The position numbers were made by a program, and so were the translations under genes. The notes beneath the pieces are model-generated. The model was given only the letters and a program-made list of their open reading frames with translations. It was not told where the DNA came from and made no database searches. A stretch of 64,000 nt of DNA, taken from contig CP158636.1 in the NCBI GenBank assembly GCA_050273025.1, forward strand, positions 1,674,001-1,738,000. Reading direction: 5' to 3'. Below are positions 51,745 to 62,900 of the stretch, in pieces (within the stretch, counting starts at the first letter, position 1; every line of letters begins with the position of its first letter). The DNA is from Cenococcum geophilum. Its lineage: Eukaryota.

Positions 51745-52623
51745 GTCTGCACCTGGTCCAGCACCCAGTCGTGGCGAATAGATCTAGTGGGAATGAAAGC
51801 ATGCAGGTGCCTTGCAGCAGTGGAAGTCGCAAAAGACACTTGGAGAAAACGCTGGGAAGGCAGAGAGGGTGATGATATTGTGCGTCTTGTGTGGAGGCAC
51901 AACGACAGCATCGAGGCGAGGAGGCCCTCTGAGCCCAACGAGGTTGATGCGGGTCGAGAAGGCTGTGTCTCTGTCCGCCTTGTGGCGTTTCTGCCTTGTT
52001 CTCCAGCTGAAAGCGAGACAATCCGGTCACCAGAAGTCCTGGAGCGAGGCGTCAGCCCTTCAGCCTGACAGACACAGGACGCGCCAAGCCCCCTGCACCT
52101 GCAGCACCTGCAGCACCTGCAGCACTAGCGCTTGCTGCTTCATCTTGTCCTTCAGCCGCAGCTGTACTTCGTAGACCATCTGTCTTCTGCTCCGTACAGT
52201 CTCAGAAAATATTAAACACGCCATCTAGTTGGCAGCAGCCGAGATTGATGGTTCTCTATTTCTTGACGCAGCACTTTCTGGTGAAAAGATTGTACTCCGT
52301 ATGATGGTGTATCCATTTTCCAAGTGTCGGATGTTCTGCGAGCCTCGCGCGCCACGGCGCTTGAAGGCGGAACAGGCAGGTGATGAACAGATCATGTACC
52401 TGAGGCTAGGCTCCGCGGCTGGAGTGGCCTCGATCGTAATTGATTTCGTGCTCAGCCTTATTGCTTTCAGGGGCAATGTGGCGTTTGGAGGTGTGTTGGC
52501 CAGAACCAGGGGTAACATCAATGAAAAGGCATGGGTTTGGCCTGATATTCCTCAGGATGGGGCGTATGTCAGAAAGGATTCACGGCTTCCCTTTTCCCCT
52601 CGCCTTGAGATCCGACAGGAATC
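51745..52623. promoter_or_regulatory. 879-bp divergent intergenic region, putative bidirectional promoter
   Basis: Lies between the ATGs at 51744 (-) and 52624 (+). Contains a 9-bp tandem repeat (CCTGCAGCA-like, x3-4) at ~52092-52126. No convincing coding ORF. Confidence 0.5.
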
Positions 52624-55600
52624 ATGGCGCAGGAGATGGATGACTTCGAGACCTCTCTCGTTCCTTTCGCTCAGATTCCCGATACAATCCGCGCGTCCGC
52701 CTTGGTTGCGGACGACCCCGCAGTTGACGACACTTTGAAGAACAAGCCGGGCACGTCAGCGAGCACCAGCAGCACCAAGATTGCCTTTCAAGCAGAGGGC
52801 TCGCTGCTGGATTGGCACGTTCTCGCCATTGCGTCCCTCGCAAGCAATCTTACCTACGATCCGAATCAAGCATGGCGTCCCCTGAATATGCAGAATGTTG
52901 TAGAGAATATCTACTGTCTTACGACCGTCGGTCACGGCGCCAGCTTCACTGTCAAAGCATACGATGCGGCCAAGCTTCCTTCAGAAGGAAGACAACGGTT
53001 ACGTGACCTTGGCGTTTCGGGGGTTGTATTCAAGCGGCTCCGCCATCAGTCGTCCAGCACATCATCTGATGACGCCAACCGGCTGGCGGCAATTCTTTTC
53101 GAACTGAGGGTCCTCACGCACAAGCCCCTCCTCGAGCATCAGAACATCGTCACGTACCTTGGGTTGCTCTGGGAGGGCGACCCGCTTGGTCGAGACCTGT
53201 TATGGCCGATACTCATCATGGAGCGAGCCGAGTATGGATCTTTATCCCAGTTCCAGCAGCGCCGATTCACCTTACGATATCAAACGAAACGGGACCTTTG
53301 CGCCGATGTCGCTGCTGGCTTAGAGGCTCTTCATGAATGCGGTATCGTCCATGGAGATGTCAAAAACGAGAACATACTTATTTTCGGGCACCGCGAAAGG
53401 GGTTTCATTGCGAAAGTGGCGGATTTTGGCTGTGCCGTGCTGGAACAAGATGAACTGGATGAACGAACGGCTGGGTTAGGAGGCACCCCTCCCTGGAATG
53501 CACCGGAATTCCGAAACAGCAAACTCACTCGAGCCTCTATGAAAGCCACCGATGTGTATTCATACGGATTTGTGGTCTGGAGGATCATGATTAATGGAAG
53601 AGACCCCTTCGAGAGCTTCGAATTTGGCAACAATGGGAAGCTAGCAACCATAGAAAGCTGGAAGCAGCAAGACGAACTGATCGAAAAGGCTATCTGGAGC
53701 CTTTTTTCGCAACCCGAGAGTGATGTGCAAGTGGAAGAGGTGGGTGCGATCTTCGACGCAACATTGCAAGCATCGCCTTCCGCGCGTGATCTCAAGCTGG
53801 TCTTGCAGATTTTCGATCGCGAACCGTAAGAAGCCTACATCTCACTTTGGATGCCCGCTTACCATGTCCGTGGCCAGTGCACTCCATCCTGCCGGCGATG
53901 GGCGCTCGACCCAATCTTTGCAAAGAATAGAAGCAGAGGTGGGAAAGGTACGACAATCACACTTTTTATGCGGAGCGGCAAAACCCGATCCTCGTCGCTG
54001 ATTTCCACTCGCAGATGCTCGTCGAGTCTTTCAAGCTCAAAGACTTTGACTATTTGTTCCAGCGGCAGTACGTCCGAGCACTGCAATACTCACTGCGGCA
54101 GTACCAGAAACACGCCTGGTTTTCGGAAAACGCCAAATGCGCTTTGCTCCGGTGCTTCCTAACCGGAATCGGCGGCGAGCCGAGCATTGATTCCGCCCTT
54201 GAGGTATTGATGGATATATGCACCCATGATGACCAAGTGGTCTTGAGACAGGCCGGGATGATCCTCCTTTCCGTGAGACTCTGCGAGGCGTACGGGAAGC
54301 CAGTTCCGGACGATGTACCTATCAACCACTGGCTGTGGTGCAACGCCATCTTCGGTTCTCGCCATGCACATGACGTCCTATTAAAAAGAGATCCAGAATT
54401 AGCAGCATCGGCCCTCAAAAGCAGTCGGTCGAAGATCTACGGAGTGGACCACGAAATCCAGGGGACGATACAACAACTGCTGAAGGAGCCAACATTTCTC
54501 ACAGACGCGTTGACAGGCAAGTCAACCGATTCCTTTGTATTTCCCGAAACCGCCAACGACGACACTCCCTTGCACTGTGCTGCGATGGCGGGCGAGCTCG
54601 AGACGGTTCGAGCGCTCGTGGACATGACCGGAGCGGATGTCAATGCGGTGAACGCGCTGCTGGAGAGCCCGCTTCTCCAAGCGTGCAGAGCCGGGCATTT
54701 CGACGTCGTATGCTTCTTGCTATCACACGGAGCCGACCCTACGATCCAGTCCGTATCTAACGGCGAGACTTGCTTGCATTTTCTTCCTTCCTTCCACGAA
54801 GAATGGCAGATGCGGTACGTCACAAAGGAGTGCCTTGCCCGAGGTGCAGATGTGGAAGTGTGTGCAGCTGGTCCCCAAGGAGGAATGTTCTCCTACGAAG
54901 CGGTTGAAAATGGATCTCCGCTGCACTGGGCAGTTGGTAAAGCCAACTTGGCTGCCGTAAAGACCCTTTGCGATGTTGGGGCGGATATCTTCAAAGAGTA
55001 TCCCAACGCGAAAGGCCTTATGCGTGACTCAGTCCACCTCGCAGCTAGCCGCGTGTATGTCGACATCCTGAAGTACTTCTTTCATGACCGTGGGGTTTTG
55101 AAGTTGTCACGCACCTGCACGGCAACCTTTTCCAAGGTTGAAGCTTTGCTCCGGAACCTAGCAATGAGCTCTTTAAGCGATCCTGTTTCGGACAGGCTTC
55201 TACATGGGGCCAGGTACACTGATTCATTTGTCGAGGCGATCAATCTTCTGAAGGAGTCTGGTGTCCCATTCGACCGGACGGACGCCGGGGAGCTGCTATT
55301 CTGCGTGTTTCGCTCTGGCGACGTTGCCAGGGTGGAGGTCCTGCTCAAGAACGGATGTCCGATCGATGCCCCTTTTGGAGCCGAAGAAAATGTCTTGCGG
55401 CAATCCATAGTCACCTGCGACAAAGGCATGTTCGATCTCGCTCTCGCATACGGTGCAGATGTCATGAGTCAGACCTCCTCGGGGAGCCATCTCCACCTGT
55501 GTGTTAGGCATCACCACCGTGACACCTATTTTGCGGAAGAATTGCTCAAGCGAGGAGTTCTCGTCGATGGCCCTGATTTTGGTGGATGTACGCCATTCCG

Positions 55601-56555
55601 AAACGCAGTGAAACTGGGCTGCTTCGAGCTCGCCACCCTCTTCCTGCTCTACGGTGCTGACAAGGAGGCAACCAAGGACGGAATGACGGTCCTCGGAAAT
55701 CTTGCCATGGCCGGCTCGGATTATCCGCTCGTCTCCCTCAAGTATCTATTGGAACCGCCTCACGAGTTTGGGGCGGCTTCTTTCATCGTCTCTCCCAGCC
55801 TCCAGGCGTCCGCCTTGCAGATCGCGGCGGCAAAGCCCGAGGCTGGACGCAACAGCGATGGGAATATGCCGTATCTGGCCTATCTTCTGGAGAGGTTCCC
55901 TTTACCGAAACATCTCGACGTCGCCGCCACTGGGATGACCGCCTTGCACCTTGCCGTCCAAGCGTGCTCGCTCGAAAGCGTGCAGCTGCTCCTGGAAGCC
56001 GGGGCCGACCCAGGTATTTTGAATTGCCGATATCTGACGGCATTGGACATGGCCGTCGAGATGGCCGAAAACGCGGACCCTAGCCTGCCCGATTTCCCCG
56101 AAGAGATCTATGAAGAAGGTGACAAGGGCGTGGCATCGTACGTTGCCAGGCGCTGGCGTATGGTCGAGGTGCTCGTTTCGTTCGGAGCCCTGCCGTCAGA
56201 AGAGCTGCCCACGGCGGGACTGGGCGCTGCTGAGCTGGCCAAGGCCGAGCTGCAACCGCTGCTCGAGGAGCGTGGCTACATGAGTTACTCGGAGTCGCTT
56301 CCTACGCTTTTGGAATGGACGAAATGCCTGGGGCCGGTGGTTGAGAATTACCTGCAGGACATTATTGTCGATTCTCCGTTGTTGGACCGCTCCTTGGGCG
56401 ACTTTGCCCGCGTGATATGTGAGGCGCTTCGTCCTTATTATCTGACATTCCGTATCCGCAGAGACTCCAAGGGAGTCGGTATCGCGTTCCCCCGTATGGG
56501 GGCTGAGGAGGCCGAGGAAGTCGAGATCGAACTTGTTCAAGCACTGAGCGCTTGA
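52624..56555 (+). CDS. Ser/Thr kinase + Sel1-like + ankyrin-repeat protein, 1270 aa, 3 exons (52624-53825, 53878-53947, 54015-56555)
   Basis: Kinase motifs intact: GHGASFTV, VVFK, alphaC E (FELRVL), HGDVKNENIL, DFG, GTPPWNAPE, DVYSYG. Introns 53826-53877 (GTAAG..CTTAC..CAG) and 53948-54014 (GTACG..CTGAT..CAG) join the 401-aa and 846-aa ORFs in frame. Roughly 12 ANK repeats (TPLHCAAMAG.., SPLLQACRAGH.., SPLHWAVGK.., TPFRNAVKLG.., TALHLAVQAC..). Confidence 0.9.
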
Positions 56556-59500
56556 TCATTTGTGTATACTACCTTTTTTGAATGTGTAATTCAATTTGAA
56601 GCTACGACATGTGGTGCCAATGCCTGTTCCGAAGCGAACAGGAAGGTATGTCGATAGGCTCGCGCTCTTAACGAGGATGGAGTTAAGGGTGAAGTTCAGG
56701 ATAAGGAGAACCGCGCCGACTCGAATAATAGTGAAATCAAGCACTTGAACTTATGTGGAGCGTCTTATATTTATATCAAGAATTCATTACTTACCTATAT
56801 AATACATGATAAGTCTGTTTAGCGGTAACGCCAAGTTCTATGACGTGTTCGAGCTTTATAGGTAGTATCCCGCTCCGTCGTCCTCGCTGCGCTGCAACTA
56901 CTGTCGAGGCGTGACCCAGTCCGGGCTTTTTTCAGCTCGATTCCGGTAGTTCGTACTCCATATCGATCGAATGTTGTGGAGCTACCATCTAACCCCGCTT
57001 GGCTTGTACTGTGGCTGCCTGGTACTTGGCGTGATCTGGATGTTCGCGAGAGCCTATCTCAATATTTTTTTTCTTGAAATGCTTCTTGATATGGTTGTTG
57101 GTGGGAGCGGGCCAGTCGGATAGAGCTAGAGTATCGCAGCCTAATCCATCTGAAAGCATTTAATCCCAAAACCCACGAATATTTAACAGGATGTCAAGAA
57201 CAGATTCCCAACGATACCGCGACCGCTGGTAAAAGGTTTCCTTCGAGTAGACGTAGCGCTGCAAGCCCTGTCTCGAACGCTCTTTTATGGTGTTCCATGA
57301 TCGATTGGCTGTGGTGGCGCCACTCCTTCACACCGCCGACAGCGCAGCTTCAAGCCACCAACCCAAGTTCGTTACGCCATGAAAATGCAACGATCATACT
57401 TATGAGGAATGGCCTGTCGTGTCACTTTGATGCGGCAGATCTGCCCGGCACGCCCGGCTCTCCACAGAAGAGCTCAGCTACATCGGGTTCTGTCTGCATT
57501 CGTGGCGGTGCTTGGTACCCATCATGTAAGCGATACCCGATCGTATTGACCAATGGACTGGATGAATGCAGATGATTTGAGTAAGATTCGGCTGTTGCTT
57601 CAGGTGAATAGTGGCGATCACTGGTGCCTCAATTGGTTCTATAAGAAAATGGCGAATAGTTCAAACCATTCAATACCTTAATTCTTGCCCACTTGAAGCT
57701 ATCAGACAAGCGGAAATTACTGGGTAGCTGTTGAATAATCGAAACACTCATCAGTACATATAGTGGATGAGCCAAAAAAAAACAATGCTGCACCTTCTAT
57801 CTATAAGATAATTTTATCCATTTAACTGCTACTAGTAAAATATAGTTCCTTATTACTTTACTATCTATTAGTGCTTTACACTATTAATCTTACTAATTAA
57901 CTTATAAATTTAGGTATTATCCTTAAATTTCTTTAAGGGTTTAAGGGTTTACTACTAGCTCCTTCTAATCCTATAGGCCTCTACTTTTTCTAACTATTAG
58001 CTGCTTAATTCTATTATATTTAGCTCGCTCCTTAGCTAATATCTAGTTTGCTTTTTATCCTTAATATACTATAAATATATATTCTTTAGGTATTCCCACC
58101 ACTATTATTTATCTAAGTATTTTTCTATAAGGAATCTTTTTAATTAAAGTATTAAGTCTCCTAACCCTTAAACTTCTACCAAATGCTATCTATATATATA
58201 CTTAGTATTTTTATACTATTGCTTATTTAGCGCCTAATATATCCTTATAGAATACTTCTAATTCTTTTCTTTTAAATTCTTATATATATTATATAATCCA
58301 CGCTAATGTATAATATGCTAGGTGCTTTAGGTTAACTTTTAGCTTATCTTTACTTATAAGTTTAAACCTCTATTTAGTTAATTTAAACGCTAGTCTTTTA
58401 TTTATAGGTACTATAATTTACCTCTTACTTCTCTAGTCCTCTAATCTTTCGTTTAGATTTCTTAACGTTATAATTAATACTCCTTTAATATAACTTATAC
58501 GTTTCTCTATAATTACTTAGTTTTAAATAACTTTTTTATCTAACTATATATAAAAGTCTTTCTACTTATTATTATGTCATTATCTATACCACTTTAAGTA
58601 TAGTTCCGTAAGCGTATATAATCTATTAGTAAGGAAATATCTTATTACTACTATATCGTTATAACCTTTAGTATGCTATTTTTTAAATCTAGTTAGAACC
58701 CTTAGGTCCTCTTCTTATTCTAGTTCTTTAAATTACTTTACTCTTAGCGTACCTACTCTAGGCCTATTAGTAATCTTTTATATAGGTATTTTAACCCTTA
58801 GTTTACTTAGTATTCTTAACCCTTAGTAGCCTTTTTATTCTTACTATACTTTAATTTAATTCTTAAATCTTTCCTAGTCTTCTTTTAGTCTAAATTTAGC
58901 TATATAATTCTCTAAATCCGTAAACTTTATAATTCTAGTATTAACTATTTAACTCTAAGGCTAAATACTTTATTTACCTACTGTGGGATTCTTTCCCTTT
59001 ATTACAGAAGTCTTATCTTTTTAATCTTTTACTTTAATTTATCCTTATAGATAACTAGCTTATACTTTTATCCTATCTTTAAAGTCTTAAGCCTTTAGCC
59101 TTTTACCTTTATTAAGTACTGAAGTAGTTTACTATTTTACTTCTTTTATATTTTATAAAGCGATAGATATTATATCTAATAGAGTCTTAATCCCTATTAC
59201 TAATCCTTCCCCTATAGTAGATTTAACTTCTACCTCTATTATAATATCTCTAAGGTCTATATACTCCTAGTAAGCTACCTTTATTACCTTATTATTACTA
59301 AATATTTCGCCTATATTAAATTTATTATCCTTAATATCCAATCTATAAGATAGTTTATTAGTTCCTCTAAACTTTATTAATTTTAGCTTTTATAGCTAAT
59401 AGCTTATACTATACTTAGCGTCTTTATAAATTTAGTATATATTATTATAACAAAACGTAAAACTTTTAATTAAACACTCTTTAGTTCCTTATAGTATACT

Positions 59501-59940
59501 ATCGTCCCTTTATATATATATGTTGTCTACTAGCCTAGTTCCCTTTACTATATAGTTTCTCTAACTATTTTTATAGTCTTTAGTAAAATAACCCTATTTT
59601 CTACAATTTATATAAGCTCCTTCTATAAACTATTTTTTTACTATAGAGTCCGCCTAAATATCTTCTGCTACTAAAATCCCTAGTTTAGCCTCTACTCTAT
59701 AGACCTATAATTACTTAATCCTTATCCTTTAGGTTTCTATAGTTTCTTTATCTATCTCTTATATACTTCTTTAGTACCACTTAAGTCTATTAGCTTTGCG
59801 CTATACTATAGTTTTTAACTTAGTTATTACGTACTTTACGCCTTATAGAACTATAGAACTCTATCCTAACCCTTCTTAGTCTATTCCCTCTAGTAGATTC
59901 TATTATTAATCTTAATCGCTTAATTAATTAGTTCCCTTAG

Positions 59941-62900
59941 TATAACGGAATCCCCTGGGAGGTACATATCCGATAAGACGGTAGGAGGTTTTATCTATAT
60001 CCCATCTATATTCCAGAAGACATAGTTAGATAGGTTAAGGGCGAAAGGTTTTACTAGCGTCTTGGAAGGAATATATAGGAAGCTGGTTCCCCTCTAAAGA
60101 AGAACTAGTAATTAGTCTCTAAATAGAAGCGGTTAAAAGCATTTATCCTTTAATATGTAAAACTTATTCTACCTTCTACTTACCGGTAACACTATTAATT
60201 AGATAATTATATATTCCGGTTAAGCTGGCCTCTTATAATTCTAATTGCTTACAATCCGTTAGGAACGTATGGCTATTAATTAACAATAACGGACTATACT
60301 CCCGTACCCTATAAAGTAACGCCCTTACTATAAGAGGCTTAAAGAGTCTCCCCAGAGGAGCGCATTCCCTCTTTTTATAAAGAAGCTATAGCTAGTCCGT
60401 CTAACCTTGCAAGACCCTTAGAAACGATTACCGCTAAAGAATTATTAGAGCGGCTGCTATACGAGACCCTATAAAAAAATTAAGGAGTTAAAGATATAAT
60501 TAAGATAAATATATTAAGACTACTAAGAATAATTGTAAGGATAATTAGGGGAAGTATAGACACCCTAGACACGAAGCGGACTTAAAGGGGTAATGCTATA
60601 CTACGCTGTAACATTAGAAAAACCTAAATTTCGCATAAAGGAACCTAATAAGTACTATAGCGATAGTTTCCGGAACTATAATTGTTTTATCTATTAATGC
60701 AAAACCAAGTTTTAGCTAGATCTAAAACGTTACTCTAACGAGTATAATTAGATACTAATTACTTCTACCTTCCTACATGGCACCGTTAAGAGTTTATAGA
60801 TACGCTATAAGAAGAAACTTACTATACCCCTTAAATTTAGCAAACTTAAGTTCTGGTTAGTTAATTAGGTTTAAAACCCTACTAATTAAGGGATGGATTA
60901 TAACTAGTGATACTATAACGCTAAATAGTAAGAAGGCTAGAGTGTAGTCTAGTTTATAAACTACTTAGAAGAACTAAAAGATAATATACCCTACTTAAAT
61001 CTGTGGGATGACGCTATATAACTTTACCAGCTACTCGCTAAGCTATAACCTAAGATTTAACAGGCTATATAAGAGAAGGGCGAAATTCCTACCTCTTAAG
61101 AAAAGCTTATCTCTAAAGCTATTCGGATTAAAAATATTAAAAGAGACTATCTAGGCAAGTAAAAAAAATAAGACGCTAATAATAAAGAGCGTAGGACTAG
61201 ACCTAGCTTTAATAATAGGGGCAGATCCTAACCTAACCGCTCTACAGAAAAACAACGTAAGTAGGCCTTATAGCCCTAGAGCAACGCTAGTTAACCCTAA
61301 AATAATAATAGGTAGAGACCTAATCCGTAGGAGGGGAACCGGGAGATATGTACCTGTTATAACTGCGGTAAGAAAGGCTATATAAGCCGCTTTTACTAGT
61401 AAAAGAAGTAAGAGTCCGCTTAATTGGGAAAAGAGACAGCCTAGTAGATCTTTACTCCCTTATACTAGGCTAGTAAGAGAAGGAGAGAGTAAACTGCCGT
61501 ATAGTTATTCCTATCTCTATTTAAGTCAATAATAAATAGGTAACGCGAGACTGCCTTATAGACAGCGGCGCGAGTATAGGGTTTATTTCTTAATTACTAG
61601 TAAAAGAATTAGATTTAAACCTTAGCGGCTTGCAGGTGTATACCGTTTAAAGCATTAAAGGCTACTAGATTCTATACTATAGGGAATAGGCTTTTTTCGT
61701 GGCTAGCTAGGACCGTAATAGTCTATAGGATACGTAGGAGATACGCTTCTATACTATAGAAATTAAGGGGTATAACCTTGTTTTAGGATACCTATAGCTT
61801 CGCTAAGTTAATCTGGATATTAATTGGCCTTTAGCCTTATATCGACATCGGAAGTCTTAACTACGCATTATAGTTAAAGATTAAGAGACTTTCTTAAACT
61901 ATATACAAGAAGAAGGATGGGCATATACTATATATGTTACTCTTAACACCAAGAATAGGGACACGGGATATTTATTTTTAGATGTCTGGCTATACATAGT
62001 TAAGGAACTAGAGATTCTATAGGAATATACGGACTTAGAGGATATTTCTAGTAAAGAGGCTGCACAAACCTTACCTAACCCTATATTAGTTAAACACGAG
62101 ATAGATATAGGGGATAAATAACCTCCTTTTAGACTACTATATAACCTATTAAAAAATAAGCTGGCGGTACTACGTTAATATATAGTAGACAATCTTTAGA
62201 GAGGATAGATTCGGCCCTCTATAAGCCTAGTAGGGGTACCGATTATATTTATACCTAAGAAGGACGGGACCCTTTACCTTTATATTAACTATTAGGCGCT
62301 AAATAAGATTACTATAAAGAATTGCTACCTATTACCCTTAATAGGGGAGCTTATTAATAGGCTATCGGGCGCAAAGATATTTATAAAATTGGATCTAAAA
62401 GATGTATACTATTAAATCCGGATTAAAGCCGGCGATAAGTAGAAAACGGCGTTCTAAATATAGTACGGCCACTTTAAGTACCTAGTGATACTATTTAGGC
62501 TCACTAACGCACTAGTGATATTTCAGGCCTATATTAATAAGGTATTATTAGGCCTATTAGACATAATGTATATAGTCTACCTTAATAATATTATAGTCTA
62601 CTCTAATAACTATAAAGCATATACGCACCACGTATAAATAGTACTAGAAAGACTACGGGAATATAAGCTCTATATAAACCTAAAAAAGTGCACGTTCTAT
62701 ACTACTAGTATTAATTTTTTAGGCTTTATTATTAGCGTTAATAGAGTGTTAATAGAGAAAAGTCGGGTGGACACTATTAGGGAATAGCCCTACCCTATAA
62801 TATTTAGAGAAGTACAGGTTTTCTTAGGCACGGCGAACTTCTACTAAACGTTTATTATTTACTACTTATAAGTAATACTCCCAATTACCGATTTACTAAA

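Larger units (their letters stand above)
23004..59940 (-). mobile_element. Gypsy element C (B-family, RIP-degraded, 3' LTR deleted); host for E, the MITE, the gene island and H
   Basis: Colinear minus-strand pieces homologous to B and D: 23004-24395 (3' region, chromodomain, integrase), 42577-44265 (RNase H, RT), 44696-44996 (protease C-part) and 57794-59940 (protease N-part, gag). Confidence 0.8.

Noticed and set aside
49885..52174. Many overlapping ORFs on and around the HeLo gene
   Set aside because: Shadow frames of GC-rich coding DNA with no recognisable motifs.
52225..52843. 98-aa and 169-aa ORFs in the divergent intergenic region
   Set aside because: Non-ATG or doubtful starts and no domain signal. 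They cannot be supported as genes or upstream exons without RNA data.
53331..56744. Antisense ORFs over the kinase-ANK gene
   Set aside because: Shadows of the plus-strand CDS.
44997..57793. Island as a Helitron, Starship or retrocopy
   Set aside because: No TC...CTRR ends at an A/T site, no captain inside, introns retained, both strands coding, and the left end truncates a gene.
56556..57793. ORF 57297-57575 and other short frames
   Set aside because: No motifs or convincing gene structure; treated as non-coding flank.
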